Virus record (IMG/VR): IMGVR_UViG_3300033418_000003
Span: 1 to 51,208 of that record
DNA length: 51,208 nucleotides
DNA from: a virus
Lineage: Duplodnaviria > Caudoviricetes
Reading direction: 5' to 3' (one strand)
Within the stretch, counting starts at the first letter, position 1. Every line of letters begins with the position of its first letter. The notes under the pieces were generated by a model that did no database searches, had not been told where the DNA came from, and was given only the letters and a program-made list of their open reading frames with translations. Shown one piece after another: positions 9,196-18,180 of the stretch. The position numbers and the translations under genes are program-made.

Positions 9196-9835
9196 TTGTA
9201 TACCTCACAGACTACGCGCCAACCGTCGGGATTGCTAACGCGCCATTCTGCCTTGCTGCGCGACGCCAGAAACGCCTGCATTGTATCGTACACTGTCCCG
9301 GCGGTTTCCATTCGCGCCAGCAGTCCGGCGGGCTGGTCAAGGATTCCGCCCGGTGACGGTAGCGCACCGAAGCGCTTGCAACGCCAGTACAACGTGAGTT
9401 CTCGCGGCGGCGGCGCGCCGTTCTCTGCGCAATCTGCCGCCGCCGCGATTATTCCCCCGGCACCTCGAAAGACGCATTGACTGTCTTGATAATCGTCTGT
9501 GCCATTCGCATAATAGCGCCCGGCGATTGCTCGCCAAGCGTTGTGGTGTCTACGCCTTCCACGATCCCGGCGCGCACACCGGCGAGAACGTAGATGCGAT
9601 TTGAAGCCGCCGCCGTCAGCTTCCCCGACCGTTCGCGCTCGGCTTCCATAAAGCGTTGCCCAAGTTCGTGGTACTGCTCTGCCGTCGGCTTTAGCTTCAC
9701 GATTTCAGTGTGAAACAGCGAAAGCGCCGCGACAACCGCCGCCGGATCGCGGCTTATCACCGCGCCGCTCAACTCTGCCACGGCGTCCTGGAACGCTTCC
9801 ACATCGCGTTGCGTCAAATCGCTTTTGATTTGCAT
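9171..9835 (-). CDS. Tail assembly chaperone frameshift product (GT-like), -1 slip at GGGGGAA (9458-9452)
   Basis: The -1 frame is open from the slip site (GIIAAAADCAENGAPPPRELTLYWRCKRFGALPSPGGILDQP...) to stop at 9171. Confidence 0.8.
9449..9835 (-). CDS. Tail assembly chaperone (G-like)
   Basis: 128 aa between tail tube and TMP; ends CCG GGG GAA TAA. Confidence 0.8.
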   Translation of the reverse strand: MQIKSDLTQRDVEAFQDAVAELSGAVISRDPAAVVAALSLFHTEIVKLKPTAEQYHELGQRFMEAERERSGKLTAAASNRIYVLAGVRAGIVEGVDTTTLGEQSPGAIMRMAQTIIKTVNASFEVPGE

Positions 9836-9838
9836 TGT

Positions 9839-10312
9839 CTAGCTCGCTTTCGCATCGTAGCGGTAGTTGCCGAACACGTCAAACTCTGCCATAGCCGGTT
9901 CGCCAGCGCCCGCGTTGAGAGTGGGTGGCGAGAAGCCAACGAGCAGCGCGTTATGGCTGGCGTCGCCGATACCGATTTCCATATCGCCAACCGTGCCACC
10001 CTTCGGCGTTGCCCGCACACACATCGGGCGCTCGCATCCCTGCGCTTGCCACACGGCGCGCACCAGCTCCCACGCCTCGGCCGGATTCTCGGTATACACG
10101 ATGGAAAACGTCGCCGTGATGGGCGGCTTTTTACCGGCGCTCAGGACGTGGGTGTCGTCATCAAAAACGGCCACGCTTCCAGTGGTCAGCACCTCTTTGG
10201 GCAACGTTGCCAGGTTCGTCTCTCCGCTAATGTCGTACCAGGTCCCGGTGCATCCCGGTTGTATCTCGATTTTTGCGCAGGCCTGCGCTACACTGTCCGT
10301 TGTCTTAGGCAT
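9839..10312 (-). CDS. Major tail tube protein
   Basis: 157 aa beta-rich, TWYDISG start motif, canonical position before chaperones. Confidence 0.75.
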   Translation of the reverse strand: MPKTTDSVAQACAKIEIQPGCTGTWYDISGETNLATLPKEVLTTGSVAVFDDDTHVLSAGKKPPITATFSIVYTENPAEAWELVRAVWQAQGCERPMCVRATPKGGTVGDMEIGIGDASHNALLVGFSPPTLNAGAGEPAMAEFDVFGNYRYDAKAS

Positions 10313-10628
10313 TGCTTTGTCTCCTTCTGCATCCGCAGGATTGATAATTTCCCGGCGACAGCAGCTTGATAGCCTCCGCCTGCCAGGTTCTAAACGGCTC
10401 GTCGGGTTTACGAGCCAGAATCAACTCAGAAAAACAGTTAAAACCGGCGCTAAACAGCACGTCAACGCGCTCCGGCCACACTTCTGCAATTGCCGGATAG
10501 TTTACCGGCGCAATGCGCCCGCGTCCCTCTAGCACATTGCGGGCCTTGTCGGATAGCCGCGAACTGTCGAAAAACTCACCGCGAACTATGCCGATACTGA
10601 GATTCTCCAGCGCCCGGTATAGCGTCAT
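10305..10628 (-). CDS. Hypothetical virion-module protein
   Basis: 107 aa, translationally coupled on both sides. Confidence 0.65.
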   Translation of the reverse strand: MTLYRALENLSIGIVRGEFFDSSRLSDKARNVLEGRGRIAPVNYPAIAEVWPERVDVLFSAGFNCFSELILARKPDEPFRTWQAEAIKLLSPGNYQSCGCRRRQSNA

Positions 10629-11404
10629 TAGAATACCCGCACCGTGATGGTGAAGCGCGCGCCGTAATATTTATCTGGCCCATAGTCAAACGTAACGCGC
10701 TCGCCAGTCCATCTAAAGTTTTTTAACCCGCACAACCCGAATGGCGGGCAATGGTCTGGATAGGTGCAACCAAGTGACTCTTCCTCAAGTATGTCAATGA
10801 TTTCACTGGCAGCTTGCGTCAACAGGTCGTTATTCTCGGCAAGGTTGTTGCGCGGGTTGGCGTAGTAGTCAAGGTAGAAATCTAGTTCTTTGACTTTCAC
10901 GCCCCCCTTCATCGTGGTGCGGTCGGTGTCGGTGTAATGGTCATCATTGATAGATTGCCAGTACACCATAAATGACGGCGCGTCATTGACGCCTTCCGGC
11001 AGTTCGTTGTACCCATAAGCCCGCGACAGTAGCGCCGCACTCATATTCGTTTCAAACGTGTCTTTGATGGCCGTTGCAATCTGCATCAAAGTGAACTTGA
11101 TAGACACGGTTTCCGTATCGCTGACCGAACTACAAGCGTTCGACACGGTGCAGGTTACGGTATGGTTGCACGTCTCAGACCAATTGTATGTGGCTGACGC
11201 CGTGCCTTGCCCGGCGACAAGCCCATCGCTTGACCAGGTGTAGGTGATGGGCGGCGTTGCTCCAACCGGTAGATAGGTAACGGTAAACTCCTGATCCTCG
11301 CACAACAGCCCGCTATTGGCCGGGTCTGGCGTTATAGTCGCCGACGTTAGCGCAACGCAAGTAACCGGAGTACCGAAATAGAAAGCGTTTATGTTTGTTG
11401 TCAT
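10628..11404 (-). CDS. Tail terminator-like protein with N-terminal PKD/Ig-like domain
   Basis: ITYTWS...TVTCTVSNACSSVSDT is PKD-like; C-terminal half (TLMQIATAIKD...YYGARFTITV) fits tail terminator and position after gp10-like gene. Confidence 0.7.
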   Translation of the reverse strand: MTTNINAFYFGTPVTCVALTSATITPDPANSGLLCEDQEFTVTYLPVGATPPITYTWSSDGLVAGQGTASATYNWSETCNHTVTCTVSNACSSVSDTETVSIKFTLMQIATAIKDTFETNMSAALLSRAYGYNELPEGVNDAPSFMVYWQSINDDHYTDTDRTTMKGGVKVKELDFYLDYYANPRNNLAENNDLLTQAASEIIDILEEESLGCTYPDHCPPFGLCGLKNFRWTGERVTFDYGPDKYYGARFTITVRVF

Positions 11405-11411
11405 ACGTCAC

Positions 11412-11984
11412 CTATGACGGGTTCTGTGGCGTGATCTGAGTCCAGGCGAGTCCGGCATAACCAACGCCCGTGACCGCGCCGTCCGTGGTCATCGTCGTTT
11501 CGAGTACCCACGTCCCGCCGCCGTAGTCAATGTAACACTCAACGTCATCGCCGACAACGCGAATACCAACACGGCTGCCATTGGTTAACGGTGCGTTTCC
11601 GGTGTCAAAAACGCCAAGTATCATCCCGGAAACTCCACGAATCAAATAAATTTTCGTGGTGTTGCCATCGAACAGGCTTGCACCAAACGCCACGTCGTAG
11701 CCGTCAACAATCGCGCCGAGAACGTTTTGCAGGCGAAAGTATAGCTTGATATAAGTCCCGGCTGGCTCAAAGTCATTTTTGATGTCGGCAACGATGTCAA
11801 CGTCCGCCGTGTGCTGACCAGCAACCCACCAGTTCCCGCTTGGATCTTCGGTTGGCGCGGCGGCGTCATTGTCCCTGACGAGCGTGTCCATCCCGAAGGC
11901 CGGGTCAGGCGCCATCATCCAATTTGCCGATAATGCCCCGGTTCCGGTAAATGCGTCTTTCAGTGTCACGTTTGGGAATGCCAT
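11412..11984 (-). CDS. Concanavalin/lectin-like beta-sandwich virion protein
   Basis: 190 aa, LKDAFTG...LSANW start, RVGIRVVGDDVECYID and GYAGL strands. Confidence 0.55.
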   Translation of the reverse strand: MAFPNVTLKDAFTGTGALSANWMMAPDPAFGMDTLVRDNDAAAPTEDPSGNWWVAGQHTADVDIVADIKNDFEPAGTYIKLYFRLQNVLGAIVDGYDVAFGASLFDGNTTKIYLIRGVSGMILGVFDTGNAPLTNGSRVGIRVVGDDVECYIDYGGGTWVLETTMTTDGAVTGVGYAGLAWTQITPQNPS

Positions 11985-12352
11985 TATTTTACAATCTCCG
12001 CGACCGCATCACTGATAATTTTGGCGATGCGGTCTTTGTTCTCATCGAATGCCGGGTATAGGTATGGGTGCGCCGCCATTCGCTTTGTCCCGAACTCCTG
12101 GTAAGGCGCGTATACAACCACGCTACCGACGACACCACGTATACCGCTGCCAGGCGTTGCGCGTATCTCCGGTGTGATGCTTGCCCGTAAGCGCCCGGTG
12201 TCTACCGGCGCTTTGCGCTTGGCGTCAGCTTGCACAATCAACGTAGCTTTGCGCATTGCTTCCAGTAAACGCCCGCCGCGCAATTCTCTAACAATGCGCT
12301 CCATTTCGCGTTGCGTCTCTTTCAGACCTTTTATAGTTACCGCGTCTGACAC
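11984..12352 (-). CDS. HK97 gp10-like tail completion protein
   Basis: APVDTGRLRASI, YAPYQEFGT, AHPYLYPA motifs. Confidence 0.92.
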   Translation of the reverse strand: MSDAVTIKGLKETQREMERIVRELRGGRLLEAMRKATLIVQADAKRKAPVDTGRLRASITPEIRATPGSGIRGVVGSVVVYAPYQEFGTKRMAAHPYLYPAFDENKDRIAKIISDAVAEIVK

Positions 12353-13072
12353 CTAATACCTCCGCGCTACCTGCGGACGGTACCAGCGTGAGTTCATCAA
12401 AATGAATTTTATATCAGGGTCAACCGGTTGTGTGTATAGTAGCTGCCCAAGTTCTCCACTGGCGAGTGTGTCCGACATTGCCGATTCCAAGCGTTTCCAC
12501 CAACGCGCGCCGATCATAATTGCCGCCTCACTGATTTCATTGGGTGGCGTCGCCGTGACTCCCCACGACGCGGTAACTTGCACCGTTGGGAACGTAACGG
12601 GCCGTGTGATGGTGTCGGATAGATGCGCCGCCGGTGTTACGTTCTCCCATAAATCACACCAACCGCCGCCATAAGCGCCGCTGGTAAAAACAGAGTAATT
12701 GCCATTGGGAGCGCACATCAAACCGGTATACGGCTTGTCGTTGTAATTCGGGCGCTGCGCTCCACCGGTGAACGCCAACCAGTCCGAAGCCAACCACGCC
12801 GTATAGGTCGTATCTGTCACTGAATCCTTGACGGCAACGCTTGAAATACTGACGCATTCGTCAATCCACTGATACCGCCGCCCACTTCCATTATACACCC
12901 GCGCCGAAGCGATCCCGGCATCGAAAGCGCTCACGCCGTCAATGTGGTGATTCGTCACGCGGTCAATGACGTTTGAAGCTGCCTGCAAAATCAGCGTTAA
13001 AACCGCGTCGTCTGCAGCGCTGGTTTTATTGATTTGGGCGCGCAATTGCGCCGCCGTCGCGTATGCTGCCAT
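12353..13072 (-). CDS. Head-tail adaptor (gp6-like)
   Basis: YATAAQLRAQI...LQAASNVID, VQVTASWG, PPNEISEA motifs. Confidence 0.8.
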   Translation of the reverse strand: MAAYATAAQLRAQINKTSAADDAVLTLILQAASNVIDRVTNHHIDGVSAFDAGIASARVYNGSGRRYQWIDECVSISSVAVKDSVTDTTYTAWLASDWLAFTGGAQRPNYNDKPYTGLMCAPNGNYSVFTSGAYGGGWCDLWENVTPAAHLSDTITRPVTFPTVQVTASWGVTATPPNEISEAAIMIGARWWKRLESAMSDTLASGELGQLLYTQPVDPDIKFILMNSRWYRPQVARRY

Positions 13073-13081
13073 AGTCTCCCC

Positions 13082-14254
13082 CTATTTCAAATACTGCTCG
13101 CGACTGCCCAACATATCCACTTCGATGTGGGCGTCTAGGTTCACGATGTCCTGATCCAGCGGAGAAGCCTCGGCCCCGCCGGTGAACTTTGTCGAGGCAT
13201 TGGTAACGTCGCGGTACAGCCGAACCTGGATGATATCGCTCACCTGACCATAGCCGGCGGGCGCTGCGATTGCGCCGAATCCGGTGATCTGGTTGAGCGT
13301 ACCGGAAACATACGTTGCCCGGTTGGTTGTCCACGGCAATTCGCTCCACGCCGTAGTTTTTGCGCTTCCCTGCTTTTGCCAACGATAGGCAATGAGCCAG
13401 TTTGGCATATCTGCCTCAGTTTGCCACCAGTGAATATGCGGATAAACCGAAGTTCCCAACGCCCAATCGTGATTTATTTGCCAGTTGGTTGTGATAAAGT
13501 CTGTCGGGTAGCGCGCCGATGTTTTAGCCGTTACGCTCGCCTCGGCAATGTTCTGCTGGAAGTCTCCCGCCGGGCTTGTGATCTGCGTACCGGTAACGCT
13601 TTGCAGTTCATCGCGGAAACAGGTAGCCAGCCCAAACGCCTGCCCGGTCCCGGTGTAATCCCACGCCGTGTAGTTGCCGCCGGCGACGTTGCCCATAGCC
13701 GGGCGCGGCGATGGCACGAAAAACACAATGCCGTCAGTAGGATGGCGGCGCAACACGTAAGCGCACCACAGGGTAAACCCGCTGGTAGGTGGAGTGTTTT
13801 GTAATCCGCCGGCGACGGTTGGCGACAGGTACAGAAAATCACCCTCGGCCCATCCCGGCGTCTGAGTGTCGAAACCGCGAACCATTCCGTATGTCGTCAC
13901 CATTCCACTGGTATTTTTCGGTATGGGCATTGTGGTGATACCGCGTGCCAACGCCGTCCCGATGGCGTTAGCCTGCGCCAGCGCTCCGGTAGGGCGATAG
14001 GATACGCTGCCAGTAGGATAAACAATCGCACCATTAGGCCAGTCTGCGCCGGTGTTATTCCATACCCATACCTGCGTCTCTTGTCCCACCTGTTGTGTTA
14101 CCGGCGACGTGCCGCCAACCTGCGAAATTGCCAGCGTCTCATCGGTTGCATCCCAATACGTGCGCCCTTGCTGGTATGTGAATGGCGTGGGCGGGTTCGT
14201 TTGGAATTGCAGGCTTGGCACCGGCTCATAAAGTGTTTCATTGCGTAGTGGCAT
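13082..14254 (-). CDS. Putative virion decoration/fibre protein
   Basis: 390 aa; GMVTTYGMVRGFDT...EGDFLYLSPTVAGGL cement-like domain plus C-terminal beta-sandwich (HDWALGTSVYPHIHW). Confidence 0.6.
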   Translation of the reverse strand: MPLRNETLYEPVPSLQFQTNPPTPFTYQQGRTYWDATDETLAISQVGGTSPVTQQVGQETQVWVWNNTGADWPNGAIVYPTGSVSYRPTGALAQANAIGTALARGITTMPIPKNTSGMVTTYGMVRGFDTQTPGWAEGDFLYLSPTVAGGLQNTPPTSGFTLWCAYVLRRHPTDGIVFFVPSPRPAMGNVAGGNYTAWDYTGTGQAFGLATCFRDELQSVTGTQITSPAGDFQQNIAEASVTAKTSARYPTDFITTNWQINHDWALGTSVYPHIHWWQTEADMPNWLIAYRWQKQGSAKTTAWSELPWTTNRATYVSGTLNQITGFGAIAAPAGYGQVSDIIQVRLYRDVTNASTKFTGGAEASPLDQDIVNLDAHIEVDMLGSREQYLK

Positions 14255-14256
14255 CG

Positions 14257-14670
14257 CTACACCCCCTCGGTTATCAGCAGCAGCTTATTAACCGCTCCGC
14301 CACCGTGGTTGGCCCTGATCGCGCCCGCGTACATCCCACTGTGTGGCGTTAGCTCGAAACTCCCGCCACTGGCATTCAAACGAATCCCGCGATTAACCGC
14401 CGCCGCACCCGCTTGCAGCCACAAGTAAACCACGGTGTCACTATCGTTCACAATGAGCAGATAGCGCCGGTTGGCGTTCGCCGCGATAACCGTTGTATTG
14501 CCGTTGACGTTCACCGCCGTATGAGTCAGCGTCAAATCGGATTCTTCCGGCGTTGTCCCGACATCGGTAGTGGCGACAAGCTGCGCGTACACCCCGCCGC
14601 CCATATCCACATAACGAGTTTTAGCCCCCTGTGGCAGTTGTTGCCCTTGTGATAAATTCAAATCCGCCAT
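14257..14670 (-). CDS. Small beta-sandwich putative virion protein
   Basis: Start ATG 14670 (GGGGTGA RBS); AANANRRYLLIVNDSDTVVYL...GIRLNASGGS pattern common in phage structural modules. Confidence 0.6.
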   Translation of the reverse strand: MADLNLSQGQQLPQGAKTRYVDMGGGVYAQLVATTDVGTTPEESDLTLTHTAVNVNGNTTVIAANANRRYLLIVNDSDTVVYLWLQAGAAAVNRGIRLNASGGSFELTPHSGMYAGAIRANHGGGAVNKLLLITEGV

Positions 14671-14671
14671 A

Positions 14672-15121
14672 TCACCCCACCTTTCGCAGTTTGTGTACAA
14701 TCGAGCTGTGACCGGCGTTGCTATATTTGCTCGATACGATCTTCCATTTCCGCAGCGTGTAAAAACCGTAATCACGCCCGCGTTGCGTCGTCGGGTCGAA
14801 TTGGTCGAGCTGGTGTAACGTTGTGAACCAGTAATGAGTGATGTCGTCGTGCGCTTCCTCTGAATTCCAATAGGGCAGCTTGGCAACGAGCAAGCCGCCC
14901 GGTTTGAGGATACGCCAGCACTCATTGAGAATCGACAGGCGCTCACAGTGTAAATGCTCCAAAACTGCCCACGCCTTGATAATGTCGAATTCGTTGTCTT
15001 GCCACGGCCACGGCATAATGTTGAGGTCGTGCATTACGTCAACCCACGGCGCGTGCTTGGTAATGTCGTGATTCACCGCGTCTTTCAGCGGATCATTGCC
15101 ACAACCTAGATTAAGATTCAT
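14672..15121 (-). CDS. Class I SAM-dependent methyltransferase (type 11-like)
   Basis: Start ATG 15121; LNLGCG, VLEHL, ECWRILKPGGLL motifs. Confidence 0.9.
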   Translation of the reverse strand: MNLNLGCGNDPLKDAVNHDITKHAPWVDVMHDLNIMPWPWQDNEFDIIKAWAVLEHLHCERLSILNECWRILKPGGLLVAKLPYWNSEEAHDDITHYWFTTLHQLDQFDPTTQRGRDYGFYTLRKWKIVSSKYSNAGHSSIVHKLRKVG

Positions 15122-15699
15122 TGCTTCCACCTCAAAATAGCAACCGCCGATCCCCACCGCCACCGGCTTGGTTGCGCGTCGAACGCCTGCGCTTTGCTGA
15201 CCTGTTTCCACTCGTTTTCATCGTTCAGGCGCAGCATAAAAAACTGGGTTGCTCCCATAACGTCGCGCATTATAGCATCATCCCACGCCCGGTTATAGCC
15301 GATGGGTATAGTCGCCAGCATCGCGCCGCCGCGCGCCAACCAACTACGCAAATGGCGCACAACCGCTTGCGGGTCAGCGTTGCCAGTTCCGGCGTAGCGC
15401 CCATATCCGACGTGCTCCAGCGTTGAGATTGAGAGAATCGCCGACAGTTTGCGCTTTGGCTGGTATGTCATCAAATCTGTCTGTATGTCACCTTCGCGCA
15501 TATCGAGAGAGCGCCAACCAACTGGGCCATAGTGCGCCGTGACGTTACCGACTTCAAGCGCCTTCTCCGGGTCATATTCGCTCATAAAGTGCAAGCCGAT
15601 GGGTACCTCGACGCTCCTCATATTCTCGCTTGCGTGGTTATAGTCGTGGTTTAGGTATTCGTAGCGCCGCCGCTCAAAGCTAAACGTTTCCCGTCTCAT
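15118..15699 (-). CDS. SAM-dependent methyltransferase-like protein
   Basis: ALEVGN, ILSISTLEHVG, LARGGAMLATIP motifs. Confidence 0.75.
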   Translation of the reverse strand: MRRETFSFERRRYEYLNHDYNHASENMRSVEVPIGLHFMSEYDPEKALEVGNVTAHYGPVGWRSLDMREGDIQTDLMTYQPKRKLSAILSISTLEHVGYGRYAGTGNADPQAVVRHLRSWLARGGAMLATIPIGYNRAWDDAIMRDVMGATQFFMLRLNDENEWKQVSKAQAFDAQPSRWRWGSAVAILRWKQ

Positions 15700-17366
15700 T
15701 TCTTACCCCGCGCCTTTCGCGCCGCCGTCTTCGCTTTGTAGGCGTCAACCATCGCCCACGCCTCCGGGTCTGTCAAGCCTTTCCCGGCTGGTACCTGCCC
15801 TTCCCATCGCCGCGCCGTGCCAACGTGATGCAGAATCCCGGCAGTACCAGCGCGCCCCGGCGGGTACTCCTCGCCTTTGAGCGTGATCATCGTGTTAAAT
15901 TCGTTGCCAAGCCAGAACACCCGCACCGGGTCATTATACAGCGCTCGTAGCAGCGCGCCCTGGTCGCGGCCCTTGTACACGCTCCACTCTTCTAACCAGC
16001 GCTTGAAGAAATCGCGTGACGCCGCGCAACGCCGGAACGCCCACACACCGCCGTTTATTTGTAACATTTCCCGCGATCCAACCGCCGCCACTGTCGCGGC
16101 GAGGTCTGGCGCGTTGTTGCGCCGTTCGTAGTCACTCACCTTGTCGTGAAGGTGGGCGTCCTTGCAAATGACGAATTCCCACCCGTCGGCGGTAAGGTCA
16201 AAGAATTCAGTAACCGGCGCGACAAATTCGGTGTCGGCGTCCACGTACAAAACGCAATCCCACTCCGCCGGCGCGAGGTCATAAGCCTTTAGTTTGGCGA
16301 TGCGCCCGCCGATGTCGGCGTCAGGCTGTTGGATGAAATGCGTTTCACCGGCGTTCAGCGGCTTGTCTGAGCACAACGCAACCGGCACATCCGGCATAAA
16401 GCGCCGCGCCGAACCAACGCACAACCGCGCTTGCTCGCGGGCTGGATCGCCGAACGCAACAACATAAATACCGGCGCGCCCGTGCCAATCTATCGGCGGC
16501 TGTAACGGCTTCTCATAGAGCCAGGAATTAAACGCGGCGCGATGGCCTTCTACCCACGCCTCAATGCAATGCGGCGCGGTAGAGGAGCGCAGTTGCGCCG
16601 GGTCAACCGCTGAAAGTTGCGGCAGAGCGTCACGGACAGCGCGCGCCAGATCGTCGGCGTCGCCAGTGCGATAGCGCCAAATACCGGGAACGTCTGGGAG
16701 TTCTGGGTGTATGCCAACCGAGTCCGGGATAATCACCGGGCAACCCGTCGCCAGCGCTTCGAGCGTGGTCATCGGGCCGCCCTCGATGGTCGCGGTACAA
16801 ACGTATAGGTCAAGCGATTGAAAGAACTTTGGCACTTCTTTCCACGGCCTGATATTGCAGGATATGGACCAACCGCGCCCGGTTGCCGTCCAGTCAACGG
16901 CCTTGCCAACGAGCGCCCGCGCCTGGTCGAAAATATGCTCACCTTTGCGCCCGGATTTGTAGGTGTACCCGGCAACGCCAAGCAGCGGGCGGGCATTGTG
17001 CGGGCGTGAAGCCAGCTTGAAATGGTCAGTGTCAAGCGGTAGCGGTATCTGCGCGGTATGTCCTAACGTATTGAGCGTCTTTTGTTGTCCGGCGTTCATC
17101 ACCACGCGCAAGCCAACGGCCTTAGCCGTTGCGTCATAGGCTGCTGTTTTCGCGCCCTCAGTTGTTTCGCGGTGGGTGAAGTAGGCGGCGGCGTTACCGT
17201 TGATATGCGCGCGCGCGTACTCGAAATATGCAAAATAATAATTGGCTTCGGCACGCGGGTCAGGTTTGTTGCTTGCCGTCCAGCCTAAACCGCTAACCAA
17301 ATGGCGGGCGAAGCGTGGCAAAACCCGGTCGTCTTTGATGTTGGCAATAACGATATTAACGCTCAT
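15696..17366 (-). CDS. Bifunctional glycosyltransferase (GT-B/GT4-like N-half + GT-A C-half)
   Basis: RKG and EGGPMTTLEALATGCPVI (EX7E) in N-half; LYVDADT (DxD), INGGVW, DQGALLRAL, ILHH in C-half. Confidence 0.9.
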   Translation of the reverse strand: MSVNIVIANIKDDRVLPRFARHLVSGLGWTASNKPDPRAEANYYFAYFEYARAHINGNAAAYFTHRETTEGAKTAAYDATAKAVGLRVVMNAGQQKTLNTLGHTAQIPLPLDTDHFKLASRPHNARPLLGVAGYTYKSGRKGEHIFDQARALVGKAVDWTATGRGWSISCNIRPWKEVPKFFQSLDLYVCTATIEGGPMTTLEALATGCPVIIPDSVGIHPELPDVPGIWRYRTGDADDLARAVRDALPQLSAVDPAQLRSSTAPHCIEAWVEGHRAAFNSWLYEKPLQPPIDWHGRAGIYVVAFGDPAREQARLCVGSARRFMPDVPVALCSDKPLNAGETHFIQQPDADIGGRIAKLKAYDLAPAEWDCVLYVDADTEFVAPVTEFFDLTADGWEFVICKDAHLHDKVSDYERRNNAPDLAATVAAVGSREMLQINGGVWAFRRCAASRDFFKRWLEEWSVYKGRDQGALLRALYNDPVRVFWLGNEFNTMITLKGEEYPPGRAGTAGILHHVGTARRWEGQVPAGKGLTDPEAWAMVDAYKAKTAARKARGKK

Positions 17367-17557
17367 TTAATTCTCCGTGAAAGCGCCGCGATGATCGCAG
17401 CGATGGACAGCCAAAACAGCAGCAGCCCGGTGAAACTGTCTCCGCCCGTTTCGGTGAATGTGGTCGCCGTTACTCCCGGCGTTGGCGTTGGTGTGCGTGT
17501 TGGAATGAAATGCCCTATCGGGTTGAATGGCGTCGGTGTAGGTGTTGGCGTCAACAT
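17363..17557 (-). CDS. 64-aa Thr/Pro-rich membrane-anchored peptide with sortase-like C-terminal signal
   Basis: TAATG overlap with upstream stop, GGGGAGG RBS, ATGA overlap downstream; TPTPTPTP...FTETGG + hydrophobic stretch + RRIK. Confidence 0.75.
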   Translation of the reverse strand: MLTPTPTPTPFNPIGHFIPTRTPTPTPGVTATTFTETGGDSFTGLLLFWLSIAAIIAALSRRIK

Positions 17558-18180
17558 TATCGCGCCTCCCCGAAATGATGTTCGACAATCGTACCATGCC
17601 GGGAATTCCAATCGAGCGATAACAGCCACAGTTTAACCGGCGCTTTATCGAGCGCCCGCAATAGCGCTCCCTGGTCTTGCCCGCCGCCCGCCGCTTTCCA
17701 TTCGTTGCGCCATTCCTCAAACAGCGCCGCCGTATTGTCATTACGCGCGAAAAACATCATACCGGCCTGCAATTGTAACGGGTCTGGATTGCTCAACGCC
17801 ACGCGCGTTCTGTCACGGTCTGTCAATGTGCTATGCGATAGAAAATCAGACGCTTGATTCTCTGACGGCGCGATAGCTATATCATACCCTGCGGCGATAG
17901 CCGAGAAACCGCGCGCAATGTCACGGCTTACGATACAAGTATCGGCGTCAAGGTAGAGCGTATACGGGTATGGCGAGAGCGTGTCAAGGTTTAGCTTTGC
18001 CCAGCGCCCGGTTTTCTCAGAATCGAAACGCACAAACGCAACGCCGTTTATGCGCGGATCGTGGTCGCCGATGACGGTTATCGGCAAGTCGGTGTTGTCG
18101 TGTGCGCTCGTCACGGCCAGGCGCAACGCCGCGCGCGCCCGCTCTCCATACGCAACATACACGATACCACGCTTGTTCAT
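17557..18180 (-). CDS. GT-A fold glycosyltransferase
   Basis: Start ATG 18180; GIVYVAYG, LYLDADT, DQGALLRAL, VEHH; paralogous to the C-half of 15696-17366. Confidence 0.88.
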   Translation of the reverse strand: MNKRGIVYVAYGERARAALRLAVTSAHDNTDLPITVIGDHDPRINGVAFVRFDSEKTGRWAKLNLDTLSPYPYTLYLDADTCIVSRDIARGFSAIAAGYDIAIAPSENQASDFLSHSTLTDRDRTRVALSNPDPLQLQAGMMFFARNDNTAALFEEWRNEWKAAGGGQDQGALLRALDKAPVKLWLLSLDWNSRHGTIVEHHFGEAR

